From Cellvibrionaceae bacterium (lineage in GTDB: Bacteria > Pseudomonadota > Gammaproteobacteria > Pseudomonadales > Cellvibrionaceae), in NCBI GenBank assembly GCA_024707385.1, contig JANPZW010000013.1, forward strand, positions 379,465-443,464: 64,000 nucleotides of DNA, in the 5' to 3' direction. This document shows, in pieces, positions 9,704-19,824 of the stretch. A program made the position numbers and the translations under genes. Position 1 is the stretch's first letter, and each line of letters opens with the position of its first letter. Under the pieces are notes generated by a model, which saw only the letters and a program-made list of their open reading frames with translations, did no database searches and had not been told where the DNA came from.

Positions 9704-11101
9704 TTAATCCCCTCGACTGACGCGGACCAACTGGTTTTCATCGTTGACGACCCAGAAGGCGCCGTCGGACGTCACTTCCACATCGCGTACCCGTTTTAAT
9801 TCACTCAGCAGGCGCTCCTCGCCCACCACACGATTGCCATTCAACATAATCCGCACCACACCACCGGGATTGAGCGAACCTATCAGCAGATTGTTCTGCC
9901 AGGGGAACATGTCACCCTCGTAGAAGGTGGTGCCGGACGGTCCGATAACCGGATCCCAGTAATACACCGGCTGCTCCATACCTTGTTGTGCGGTGATGCC
10001 GGCACCTATGGGCTGACCGCTGTAGTCGATGCCGTAGGTAATGACCGGCCAGCCATAGTTCTTGCCAGCTTCCGGACGGTTGATCTCATCGCCGCCGCGC
10101 GGGCCGTGCTCCACCGTCCACAGCTCACCTGTCACCGGATGCAAAGCCGCGCTTTGCACATTGCGGTGGCCGTAGGACCAGATCTCTGGCTTAGTATTGG
10201 CAACGCCGACAAAGGGGTTGCTGGAGGGCACGGTGCCGTCCGGATTGATGCGCACCACCTTGCCCAGGAGCGAATTGCGATCCTGGGACTGCTGGCGGGG
10301 TTCGGGGTTGGAGCGCTCACCCAAAGTAACGTAGAGCAGCCCGTTGCGGTCGAACACCAGACGCGAGCCGAAGTGCAGGGTCGAGTTCCACGCCGGCATC
10401 TGGCGGAAGATCACGGTGACATTCTCCAGACTTTTCTCATCCGCCGAGAGCCGGCCGCGCGCAACGCTGGTGCCGTTCTGGTTGTTGCCGCGATTCTCTG
10501 AATAGGAGAAATAAATCCAGCGGTTGCTGGCGAAATTAGGGTCTATGGCGACATCCAACAGGCCGCCCTGCCCACCGTTGTACACAGCGGGAACGCCGAT
10601 CAGTGGCGCCGAAATTTCGCCTTCACGAGTCACAATGACCAAGGTGCCCTCCTCACGCTCAGTGACTACAAACCGACCGTCAGGCAATTCTGTGAGACCC
10701 CATGGCTTTCTTAAGCCACTGGTTACCACATCTGTCCTCAAAGTGAAATTCGACCGCACCTCCGGCGCGCGGGTCTGCCCCTCAAACGCCGGCACCTGGT
10801 TGCGGGCGTTCGGCGGGCCGGTGTTCACCGGCGGCCCGGAGGGATCCGGCATACCACTTGAGCTTGAACTCGAACTGGAAGAGGAACTGCTGGTTGATGA
10901 AGAACTGCTGCTCGAACTGGAGCTGCTGGAATTAGAACTGCTGGAACTGGATGAACTCGAGCTGGAGCTTGAACTGCTGGCTCCAGTGTTGCCACTCGAA
11001 CTGTTATTGCCGCCACAGGCAACCAATGCTGTGGCAAGAAGCAAACTCATACTGGCTTTCGTCAGCCCCGTCAGGCTGACAGGTTTAGTCAAAAGGTTCA
11101 T
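9704..11101 (-). CDS. PQQ-dependent glucose/sorbosone dehydrogenase family lipoprotein with poly-Ser linker
   Basis: Lipobox ALVAC; GGQGGLLDVAIDPNF, HFGSRLVF, WSYGHRNVQ, EHGPRGGDEIN, GKNYGWP; start ATG 11101 with GGGGA RBS. Confidence 0.9.
   Translation of the reverse strand: MNLLTKPVSLTGLTKASMSLLLATALVACGGNNSSSGNTGASSSSSSSSSSSSSSSNSSSSSSSSSSSSTSSSSSSSSSSSSGMPDPSGPPVNTGPPNARNQVPAFEGQTRAPEVRSNFTLRTDVVTSGLRKPWGLTELPDGRFVVTEREEGTLVIVTREGEISAPLIGVPAVYNGGQGGLLDVAIDPNFASNRWIYFSYSENRGNNQNGTSVARGRLSADEKSLENVTVIFRQMPAWNSTLHFGSRLVFDRNGLLYVTLGERSNPEPRQQSQDRNSLLGKVVRINPDGTVPSSNPFVGVANTKPEIWSYGHRNVQSAALHPVTGELWTVEHGPRGGDEINRPEAGKNYGWPVITYGIDYSGQPIGAGITAQQGMEQPVYYWDPVIGPSGTTFYEGDMFPWQNNLLIGSLNPGGVVRIMLNGNRVVGEERLLSELKRVRDVEVTSDGAFWVVNDENQLVRVSRGD
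10856..10978 (-). repeat. Poly-serine linker, 41 codons (39 Ser, 1 Asn, 1 Thr)
   Basis: Counted codon by codon; all six Ser codons are used. Confidence 0.95.
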
Positions 11102-11393
11102 AAAACACATCCCCACTGTTATGTGATTTAGCCTTTGAAACGATTGCCGCTGCAAAATTCATTACAGATCTACACACGCCTGGAAAGCGCGAACAAATCA
11201 CATAAAGGCAGCATCGCTTCGCTGGTGCGCGCTGTATATTTCCCTGATTATTATGATAATCCGCCATATAAGCGGGTTTTCTCCCCAAAACATTCCTAAA
11301 CTAGCGCATGCGGGAAAGCGGCTGCCTTGATGGCGTTCTCACTTGGAGGGATTTTCTGGGAATGAGGGAAGAAAAAAGAAAAAAGTGCAGAAA

Positions 11394-11424
11394 TTTGCGG
11401 CCCGGTACGCAACTAGGCCGCAAA
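11394..11424 (-). terminator. Possible terminator after tex
   Basis: 9-bp stem TTTGCGGCC/GGCCGCAAA with 13-nt loop, T-rich tract downstream on the minus strand. Confidence 0.45.
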
Positions 11425-11439
11425 AGTTTAATGGTCAGA

Positions 11440-13746
11440 TTATTTCTTTTTCATCGCCTGCTCAAACAACGCCGCCATGGTTCCCTGCTTGACGTCGGCT
11501 TTGAATTCGCGATTTTGCGGTGCGCGGGATTTTTTCCCCGCCTCGTTATTGCCGCCTGCAGCGCGCGTCTGTCCCGGCTCGTCACCCAGACGCATGGACA
11601 AGGCAATACGTTTGCGTTGCACATCCACTTCCATCACTTTCACTTTTACTATGTCGCCGGCCTTCACCACACTGTGGGGGTCTTTGACGAAAGTTTCCGA
11701 CAACGCGGAAATATGCACCAAACCATCCTGATGCACTCCCACATCCACAAACGCACCGAAATTGGTGACATTGGTGACGGTGCCTTCGAGAATCATTCCA
11801 AGCACCAAATCCTTCAGAGTTTCCACGCCTTCCTTGAAAGTCGCGGTTTTAAATTCCGGGCGCGGGTCGCGGCCGGGTTTATCCAGCTCTTTAATAATAT
11901 CCGTGACGGTGGGCAGACCGAATTTTTCGTCCACATAATCCTGCGGTTTCAGGCTGCGCAAAAATCCAGTATCGCCAACCAGCGCTTTAATATCGCGGCC
12001 ATGTTTGCTGGCGATTTTTTCCACCACGGAATAGGACTCCGGGTGCACCGCTGAAGCGTCCAGCGGATTTTCAGCGCCGGCGATGCGCAAAAATCCCGCC
12101 GCCTGCTCGAACGCTTTTGCGCCCAAACGGGAAACTTCCAGCAATTGTTTGCGATTTTTCAGCGCGCCATTTTTATTGCGGAATTCCACAATATTACTGG
12201 CGATGGTTTGATTTAAACCCGCCACCCGCGCCAGCAGCGGCACCGATGCGGTATTCACTTCCACGCCGACGGCGTTCACGCAATCCTCGACCACTGCGTC
12301 CAATGTTTTGCCCAATCGCGTCTGCGACACGTCATGCTGGTATTGGCCCACGCCGATGGATTTTGGTTCGATTTTTACCAATTCCGCCAGCGGATCCTGC
12401 AAGCGGCGCGCAATGGAAATAGCGCCGCGAATGGTCACATCCAGATCGGGAAATTCTTTGGCGGCAAATTCCGACGCGGAATATACGGACGCACCGGATT
12501 CATTCACCATGACTTTCTGGATTTTCAGATCCTTATAACGCTTCAAAAAATCGCCGACGAATTTATCGGTTTCGCGACTCGCCGTTCCGTTGCCTATAGC
12601 GATCAACCCGACATTGTGTTTTCTGCACAATTGCAGCAGCACTGCTTCGGCTTCCTGAATGCGATTTTGCGGCGGCGTCGGAAATATGGCGCCGTGATCC
12701 AGCACTCGGCCGGTAGCGTCCACCACCGCCACCTTTACGCCGGTACGCAAACCCGGGTCGAGGCCGATGGTGGAGATCTGCCCGGCGGGGGCGGCCAACA
12801 ACAAATCTTTTAAATTGCGCGCAAACACGTCAATCGCGTCCGCTTCTGCGCGCTCGCGCAAATCGCCGAGCAGATCGGTTTCCAGGTGGGTCAACAATTT
12901 CACCCGCCAGGTCCAGCGCACCACTTCCGCCAGCCAGCGATCCGCCGCGCGGCCTTTGTCAGCGATTTTCCAATGCTCGCCCACCATGACTTCGCAGGGG
13001 TGCATCTGGCCGGGTTCAAGTTCGTCTTTTAATTCCAGTGCCAACGTCAAAATGCCTTCGTTGCGACCGCGGAACATGGCGAGCGCGCGGTGGGACGGAG
13101 TTTTCACCAGCAGCTCCTTGTGCTCGAAATAATCGCGGAATTTCTCCCCTTCCACTTCTTTACCCGCTACTACTTTCGCGCTCAGATAACCGTCGCCGCG
13201 CAGGAAATTACGCAGTTTTTCCAGCAGCGCGGCGTCTTCGCTGAAACGCTCCATCAAAATTTGTTTCGCGCCGTCGAGCGCATCTCTGGTGGATTCAATT
13301 TTGTGCTCGGCATTCAAATAACCGGCAGCGGCAACTTCCGGATCCTGCGTGGGATCCTGCAACAGCAGATCCGCCAACGGCTCCAGACCGGCCTCGCGGG
13401 CGATTTGCGCTTTGGTGCGACGTTTGGGTTTGTAGGGCAGGTAAAGGTCTTCGAGCAGGGTTTTGGTTTCGGCGTTGTGAATTTGTCCAGCCAGTTCCGG
13501 GGTGAGCTTGCCCTGCTCTTCGATGGATTTGAGGATGGTGCTGCGGCGGTCTTCCAATTCCCGCAGATATTGCAGCCGCTCCTCCAGATTGCGCAGCTGG
13601 GTATCGTCCAGACCGCCGGTCACTTCTTTGCGATAGCGGGAAATGAACGGCACCGTGGCGCCTTCGTCAAGCAGGCCGACGGCGGCCTGCACCTGTTGAA
13701 TATTGACCTGCAGTTCTTGCGCAATGCGGGAATGGATCGAGTTCAT
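11440..13746 (-). CDS. tex: Tex/YhgF RNA-binding transcriptional accessory protein
   Basis: [41 protein letters not shown]-terminal S1 domain ([16 protein letters not shown]). Confidence 0.95.
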   Translation of the reverse strand: MNSIHSRIAQELQVNIQQVQAAVGLLDEGATVPFISRYRKEVTGGLDDTQLRNLEERLQYLRELEDRRSTILKSIEEQGKLTPELAGQIHNAETKTLLEDLYLPYKPKRRTKAQIAREAGLEPLADLLLQDPTQDPEVAAAGYLNAEHKIESTRDALDGAKQILMERFSEDAALLEKLRNFLRGDGYLSAKVVAGKEVEGEKFRDYFEHKELLVKTPSHRALAMFRGRNEGILTLALELKDELEPGQMHPCEVMVGEHWKIADKGRAADRWLAEVVRWTWRVKLLTHLETDLLGDLRERAEADAIDVFARNLKDLLLAAPAGQISTIGLDPGLRTGVKVAVVDATGRVLDHGAIFPTPPQNRIQEAEAVLLQLCRKHNVGLIAIGNGTASRETDKFVGDFLKRYKDLKIQKVMVNESGASVYSASEFAAKEFPDLDVTIRGAISIARRLQDPLAELVKIEPKSIGVGQYQHDVSQTRLGKTLDAVVEDCVNAVGVEVNTASVPLLARVAGLNQTIASNIVEFRNKNGALKNRKQLLEVSRLGAKAFEQAAGFLRIAGAENPLDASAVHPESYSVVEKIASKHGRDIKALVGDTGFLRSLKPQDYVDEKFGLPTVTDIIKELDKPGRDPRPEFKTATFKEGVETLKDLVLGMILEGTVTNVTNFGAFVDVGVHQDGLVHISALSETFVKDPHSVVKAGDIVKVKVMEVDVQRKRIALSMRLGDEPGQTRAAGGNNEAGKKSRAPQNREFKADVKQGTMAALFEQAMKKK

Positions 13747-13847
13747 AAGCCCAATACAGTCTGTAGCCGAAAGAGGGGCGCATTATGCGGAATCGAATCC
13801 GGGTCAACAATGTTGACATGTCACCGGCTGTCCGGCCGGGTGGTCGA

Positions 13848-14045
13848 TCAATCGCGGAGCTTGCGTAGATAGTGATTGGTAATTTTATAAATGACGATGC
13901 ACAGCACTATATCCACCAGTGCGCTGAACGGCTGGGGCAAGTGGGGGCGAAACAGATCGCCAATAACATAGGTCAGGGCAATGGCCAGGGCCAGGGAGGG
14001 AAAGGCGCTCACACGGGCAATCCTGCAATAGGTTTTAAGTTGCAA
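13848..14045 (-). CDS. Small two-helix membrane protein, unknown function
   Basis: 65 aa with two hydrophobic stretches and basic termini. Confidence 0.55.
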   Translation of the reverse strand: MQLKTYCRIARVSAFPSLALAIALTYVIGDLFRPHLPQPFSALVDIVLCIVIYKITNHYLRKLRD

Positions 14046-14421
14046 TTGGTTTTAAGTGGTGAATGACACACTGAAAACATAGACCAGTTCAGCTCAACGC
14101 GCTTCGCAACCCACTGTCAGAAGGTGACATTTTTCGTCATGAAAATGCCAACTATTCACGAAAAAGAGCAAAAAACGTGTCGGTTTTTTTTGACCTCCGC
14201 AACCAAAGTTGCACCCCCAAAATTCAGTCAAAATTCTAATCGTCTGAATTATTTGAACTTTTTCGTTCTGGCCACCTTGTTGCTTAATAGATATATATGA
14301 AAATCTGATTTCATCTAGCCTTGCGAGGCAGTTGAACCAGGTAAAACCCCACGAAATGACAGATCAGGGCGCAGCAGGAGTAGAGACGGCAGCGCTTCAA
14401 AACGGCAGAGAGGTGATCGTT

Positions 14422-14697
14422 ATGTCAAGGGACTTCAGCCAGCACAGCCTGATTACACAAGACCTGTTCGACCGCGAAAATGCCGGCCTCGGCGGGACCT
14501 GCACTTCAGACGCTGCAATTACCGAAAAGTCGGTAGAGTGTCCGCAATCCGCATTTCTCCAGCCGGAATTGCAGTTGCGCCAAAGCCGCCGCACGACGAT
14601 ATCTGAAGAGCTGTGGGAAGACGCCCGCCGCCGCCATCGCGACTCTCGCCAAAACTGGCGCAGCCTGCTGGATCGATTCGTCAAACCTCATCACTGA
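14422..14697 (+). CDS. Hypothetical protein (91 aa)
   Basis: Strong GAGGTGA RBS before ATG 14422; no recognised family. Confidence 0.5.
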   Translation: MSRDFSQHSLITQDLFDRENAGLGGTCTSDAAITEKSVECPQSAFLQPELQLRQSRRTTISEELWEDARRRHRDSRQNWRSLLDRFVKPHH

Positions 14698-14762
14698 GCG
14701 GGCGTTTTTTCGCGTCCGCGTCTCCTGTCTTTATTCCTCGTTGTTGATGCCTAGCCGCTTCG

Positions 14763-14831
14763 AAAACTGACTGACATTCAAAACCTGACTGCATTCAAAA
14801 CCTGACTGCATTCAAGAACCGACTGACATTC
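14763..14831 (+). repeat. Four tandem 17-18-nt units, core GACTG(A)CATTC, intergenic
   Basis: AAAACTGACTGACATTC, AAAACCTGACTGCATTC twice, AAGAACCGACTGACATTC. Confidence 0.85.
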
Positions 14832-14948
14832 AAGCCGATAAATTTCGCTTGGCGACCGTCAATATTTGTCGCTTAGGGACCACTTTTGACGGCTGCTGCG
14901 AGACAGGAAAGAAAAAGAGAATTCTAAAAAGGAGGATTTAAAAAAGGG

Positions 14949-14979
14949 AACCCGTCGGCGGGAATGCCGACGGGTTTTT
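14949..14979. terminator. Probably bidirectional intrinsic terminator
   Basis: AACCCGTCGGC-GGGAAT-GCCGACGGGTT with T run on + and A run upstream; lies just after the hpaR stop. Confidence 0.8.
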
Positions 14980-14984
14980 GCAGG

Positions 14985-15419
14985 TTAGACCTGCGGCTCC
15001 GCGTTCAACGAGGCCACAAACTGCAGGAGATCCGTCAACTGTTTAGCTTTACGGCTGCCGATTTTCTCGGCCAGGTCGTCATAGTGCCGGTCCAGCATTG
15101 GCTGCACTTTGTTGTGCAGACGCTTGCCGTTGGCACTGAGCTTGATGGTCAGCTCGCGCAAATCGCCTTCCGCAGTGCGACGGGACAATATGCCGTCGCT
15201 CTCCAGGCGGTTGAGGATGCGCGACAGGCTGGGCCCGAGGATGGCGCTTTTATTCGCCAATTCTTGGGCGTTCATCTCGCCATGTTCGAAGGATGCGCGG
15301 ATCACTCGCCACTGCTGCTCCGTCAGGCCAAAGCCTGCAAGCGTTTGACGCACCTGCGCAACAGAGGCTTCTTTTGCCTTTTGTAATAAGATGGGGAGTG
15401 TCTCCATGGGATGACTCAT
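14985..15419 (-). CDS. hpaR: MarR family regulator, HpaR-like
   Basis: LPILLQKAKEA..GLTEQQWRVIR..ILGPSLSRILNRLE matches the HpaR subfamily. Confidence 0.75.
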   Translation of the reverse strand: MSHPMETLPILLQKAKEASVAQVRQTLAGFGLTEQQWRVIRASFEHGEMNAQELANKSAILGPSLSRILNRLESDGILSRRTAEGDLRELTIKLSANGKRLHNKVQPMLDRHYDDLAEKIGSRKAKQLTDLLQFVASLNAEPQV

Positions 15420-15690
15420 TTACCTCGTGTGTTGATTGCTAATGAGGCTTAATCATAACCAACAGGTTGATTATCGCGCCACAATTTGTTCAAAAATGAC
15501 ACAAAAAAATCTAAGAACATAACCTGTTATGGCTTTTTGAATGCCGCTGCGCCATTTCGCATCAGGTCTTCAGAGCTTTGCATCGAATTTGCTGAACTTG
15601 TTCTGCAATAACCTTGCCCTTTCGCAATCCTCTACTCCCACCCACCACTAATCGACAGAACGCTGAACCTGTCAATCAGCTTCCAACTGG

Positions 15691-17229
15691 TTAAATAATA
15701 ATCGGCTGGAATGCCGTAAGTGCGTCCATACTCGCAGCGCTGCCGAGGCCATGGGAAAGCCCACGACTGGTGAATAATTGAGCAAAATTACCCTGTTCGC
15801 CGTGCAGCGCCATGTAATTCAGGATCACCGTCTGCACCAGTTGACTGACGTTATTGGCCGCCGGACTGGATGCGGTCTCCACATCGCCGGAGGGGCGCAT
15901 ATAGCCGATCTGCTGGTGGCGCGCCGCTCGCGTAGTGCCCGCTTCAAGCAATAGCGGCCGGAATCCTGGGTTGTACACAAGGAAGAACGAGGCTGCGGTC
16001 TGTTGGCTGTCGCCGGTCCACACCCCTTTGCCGCGACCCATCGGCGAGTCGTCGATCATGCCGTTGCTGAATACGGAGCCGTCGCTGAACACATACATCA
16101 TCAGCGGCTTGCCTTTGCGCGCGGCGTATTCCAGACAGGCACCCATGCAACGGCCAGCGCGCAGATCGCGCTCCTCACCGGTGGCGCGGTCGCCGGTGTG
16201 ATAGTCGAAGCCGCCCATGGTGATGGTGCCGGCACCGGCGTAACCCTCGATCACCAGCTTCATCACCGAGGCGGTTTTGCGGAATTCGCCGTCGTTCATT
16301 TCTGCCGTGGAGAAAATTCCCGTGTCGCCGACGATATCCGCGTCCGCCAACGGATTCAGCGACGCCGGATTGGAATAGCGCTCGGCGAGGCCGGCGCTCT
16401 CCAGATATTTGCACGGCACCGCTTGGCGGATGGCATCGCTCGTTGCCACCCGGTCCATCTTGTGTTTGGACAGGTGGTACATGGATTCCATCACCGCCAC
16501 CACCTCGTCCTGGCTTAGCAAGCCCACCAGATCACCCACATCCACCAGCCCGGTGACATCTGAAGGCCGGTCCACCTTGGTAGGTCGCGCTTCGCTATTG
16601 ATTAACATAGCCGGCGCCATGGAGTTGCCGCCGGATTCGCTGCTCTGCGAGCCGCACAGGGCCAGCAGAGAGCCGCGCGCACCCGCCATATGGATGCCGT
16701 ACATGGGGTTGTGGGGATTGTTGCCGGTGTCGTTTTCCGAGCGCGCAGCGATCACCGCGCCGTTGATATTGGCCTGAGTGGCAAGGCTGGTGCGCTCCAC
16801 AATGCCGCGCAGAAAACCGCTGTCGCTGTGAAAAACGAGGCCGAGGCGCTCATCCAGATTGTTATTGGGCAGCATGGTGGACGGCAGTCCTTGCGTGGCA
16901 TAACCGGCGGTATCGAGAAAATCCAACTGTCCGCCGCGCCCGCCGACCAGCACGTTGGAGCCGGCGATATTGGCGCCACCGGCGAGATCGAAGCAGATAA
17001 ACGGGATTTTGCCGGCGCCGTCAAAACGAATGCCGCAGGCATCGATCACATGCTGGGGAATAGAAAGGCTATTCGCCCGCCCCGGCAGGCCGAGAATCGA
17101 CGCACCGAGTACTGTGGCCATACCGGCCTGAAAGCCCTGGGAGATAAATTCACGTCGGGTGCGCGGACGGCGATGGTCCCCGTGGCGCAAAGGCTCATCC
17201 AGACGGAAAAATGATCTGCGCTTAGCCAT
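15691..17229 (-). CDS. Tat-type exported protein of unknown function, DUF1501-like
   Basis: Twin-arginine TRREFIS followed by a hydrophobic stretch; FICFDLAGGAN, GGFDYH and YVFSDG resemble DUF1501/DUF1552 motifs. Confidence 0.65.
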   Translation of the reverse strand: MAKRRSFFRLDEPLRHGDHRRPRTRREFISQGFQAGMATVLGASILGLPGRANSLSIPQHVIDACGIRFDGAGKIPFICFDLAGGANIAGSNVLVGGRGGQLDFLDTAGYATQGLPSTMLPNNNLDERLGLVFHSDSGFLRGIVERTSLATQANINGAVIAARSENDTGNNPHNPMYGIHMAGARGSLLALCGSQSSESGGNSMAPAMLINSEARPTKVDRPSDVTGLVDVGDLVGLLSQDEVVAVMESMYHLSKHKMDRVATSDAIRQAVPCKYLESAGLAERYSNPASLNPLADADIVGDTGIFSTAEMNDGEFRKTASVMKLVIEGYAGAGTITMGGFDYHTGDRATGEERDLRAGRCMGACLEYAARKGKPLMMYVFSDGSVFSNGMIDDSPMGRGKGVWTGDSQQTAASFFLVYNPGFRPLLLEAGTTRAARHQQIGYMRPSGDVETASSPAANNVSQLVQTVILNYMALHGEQGNFAQLFTSRGLSHGLGSAASMDALTAFQPIII

Positions 17230-17287
17230 GGGTCACCACCTTCACAGTCAATGGCAAAAAAATTGGGTTTTGCATATCGGCCTCCAC

Positions 17288-19824
17288 CTACTGCACCAGC
17301 ATCACGGCGCTGCCGAGGGCGGCGGCGCAGACAGCGGTGACGGTGTTTTGGGTGACGGCGGTACTGCACACATCGTTGGCGCAGGCCGCGGTCATGGTGT
17401 CGATCAGATCGTTGAGGCGCTCGCGGCTGTCCATCTCATAAGGCTGATCGGCGAGTTGATCGCCATGCGCTGGAATATGGTGCGCCAGCAGCGCTTTGAG
17501 CAGCGGATCGATCAGCGCATCGCGGCCGGTGGCGTCGAAGCGGTTATTGCTAAAGCCGGGGAAATAGGCTTGCATACGCGAATTCGAGGTCGCCAGGGTG
17601 TTGCAGTACTTCACCGCCAGTTGGGTGATGCCCATCTGATGAGCCACCAGGAAGCTGCGAATGTTTTCGCTCGGCGGCATCTGCTGTTTTACCGTCTCGT
17701 AGGTCGCCGCCACACTGGCGTCGGTTACGGGAATGCCGGTCATGGCGGAAAAGGAAGCGTTGATTTCGGCAAAGGTGCGCACGCCGACACGCGGTTGCGG
17801 CTCCAGGTCAGCCGGCTCCGGCACTGGCGGCACCGGCTCCTCCACACGCTCGTGGCTGCGGCCGCCGATGTAGTCGAAGCTGAGGAAAAACTGATCCTGC
17901 TCGGGGCCTTTTTCCGCCTCGATCACAGCGCCCAGGCGGCTGTTCAGAAGCGGCACACCTTTTTCTGGATCGTAACCAGCGGCGGGAATGGTGGTCTCCA
18001 AGTTGGCGAACACCTGGCCGATTTTCGCCTCCCGGCCATTCACCCCGATACGCAATCCGCGGATCACAATGTCCTCGGGAGGTGTCTGGGTGAAACTGAA
18101 AAAGTAGGGTTCATTGAACAGATAGCTGTAATCGTCGAACTGCTCCACCTGGAACACTATGTAGGCGTCGTCCATGCCGTCGATCAGATCCGCCACGGAA
18201 AACGCCAGCAGAATCTTCTGCCCGACCCCCACCTCGTAGTTGGTGCGCACCTGCTCGGCGGTCAGCACGCGGTTGTGGATGGCCAGCAGGCGGACGGTGC
18301 CACGCCAGGGGTAGAGGCCGTCCGCTTCATTGCCGAGGATAAGGGCGAAGGTCTGATCCCACTGATTGATATTGCCCGCCGCAACCGGGTCCGCCACGTT
18401 CACCAAAGTGCCATTGACGTATAACTTGCGCCCTTCAATAGCGTCGTAACTGGCCACCACATGCTGCAGCGTTGCCTGCAACAACTCATCCGCATCCGGG
18501 GTCGACAGCAGCGGGTCGCCGTTGGCGCCGGTGGTACTGGTGCGGTTGAAGAAATCGTAGTTGTACAGCGTCTGCGCCAGCGTGAAGTTGCGCGTATTGG
18601 CACTGCCGGAATAGCTGATGATGCGCGCCGGACCATCCTGCGTAACATTCGCCGGCACCACCCAGGCTTCCACGCTGTATTCCCCGGTCTGGGTGATATA
18701 GCGATGCAACTTGCTGCTCGGCTGTACCGCGCCCTGCAATCTGCCGTTGTTGAAACGCACACCCCAGTTGCTCACCCACTCCACATCGCCGATCAGGTTC
18801 AGCGTCAACTCCGGAGGAAAGCCATTGGAGGAATCATTGGCCTGGGTGCCCTTGCCTTCTTTGAAGGTGTAGAGCGCGATCGCATTGCTCTCGACCCGCC
18901 CGCCCTGGCTGATGGCCGTACCGTCGCCAATGGCCATGGCTTTGCTGGTGAGCAGAGTCGCGTCCAGAGGGCGCATCTGCATGGTGGCAGCGAAGGCTCC
19001 AGCGCTGCTTCCATGGTATTGCCGGCGGCGACACAGTTGTTGTTCCAGCAGTTGTGGGGCTCTTCGCTCAAGCGCACAACCAGACGGGAACGCGAGGCAT
19101 CGCGCACGTCTCCCTGCACGTTGAACAGCATTTTGGTCTGGGCGGCGGCATAGGCGGCTGCCACGTCACCGCTGGCGAAATAAGGCTGCACTGGCGCCTG
19201 GGGCGCATCGGCCCTGTGACAGTCGGAGCAGTACTGGGTCAGCAGCGGATAGACATGCTGGGCGAAGGCTGCAGTATCGATCGGAAATGTCAGGCTGGAA
19301 CTGACGTCGATGAGCTCAGGGGCGCGCAGCGCGGTTTCGGTGAGTTCGACACCCGAGTTGGTGGCCCAGGACGAGATCCAGGCCGTGATGCGCTCGGCGC
19401 AGAAGTCGAGGCTCTGCACCCAGCAGTTGTGACCGCCCAGAACTTTGGTGACCAGGCGGGAGCTAGCCGGATCATCCAGATTCACCACGCTATTGGCGGC
19501 CGTGTAGGCCAAGTTAATGTCATCGCCACGGGTGAACTGCGGCAATTGGCCGCCGGTGCCATGACAGGCGCCACAGCGGGTGGGATCGGCGAGGTTGTCC
19601 CACACATTGACCTTGAAATTCTGCACGTCCGAGGTGGAGGGACTGGGGCCGTTGTAAACCACACCCGGGCCGGGGTTGTTGGTGGGTGGTGGCGGCGGAT
19701 TGGCGGCGCCGGTTTTGCCGCTGTCGCTGCTGCAACCGATCGCAAGAGCCAGAACAAGGGAGGCGGAAATGGCGGTGAAACTTTTCTGGCAACGCCAGTA
19801 AAACGATGCGTTACTCATATTCAT
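17288..19824 (-). CDS. Di-haem c lipoprotein with LamG domain (about 845 aa); frame break near 18999
   Basis: Lipobox LAIGC; CGACH 19561-19575; CSDCH 19216-19230; LamG motifs YSVEAWVVP, QHVVASYD..KLYVNG, WRGTVRLLAIHNRVL; ORFs 18805-19824 and 17288-18982 join with one added base. Confidence 0.8.

Noticed and set aside
14763-14831. Short repeats as a mini CRISPR array
   Set aside because: Units are directly adjacent with no spacers, are under 20 nt, and no cas genes are present
15691-17229. Type II secretion GspF, a label I recall databases giving to similar proteins
   Set aside because: No GspF transmembrane topology, a Tat-type signal instead, and no other T2SS genes nearby
17159-18424. Long opposite-strand ORFs (also 26630-27799, 47333-48610, 11308-12054, 63510-63953 and similar)
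   Set aside because: Antisense shadows of well-supported genes in GC-rich DNA; no motifs or RBS
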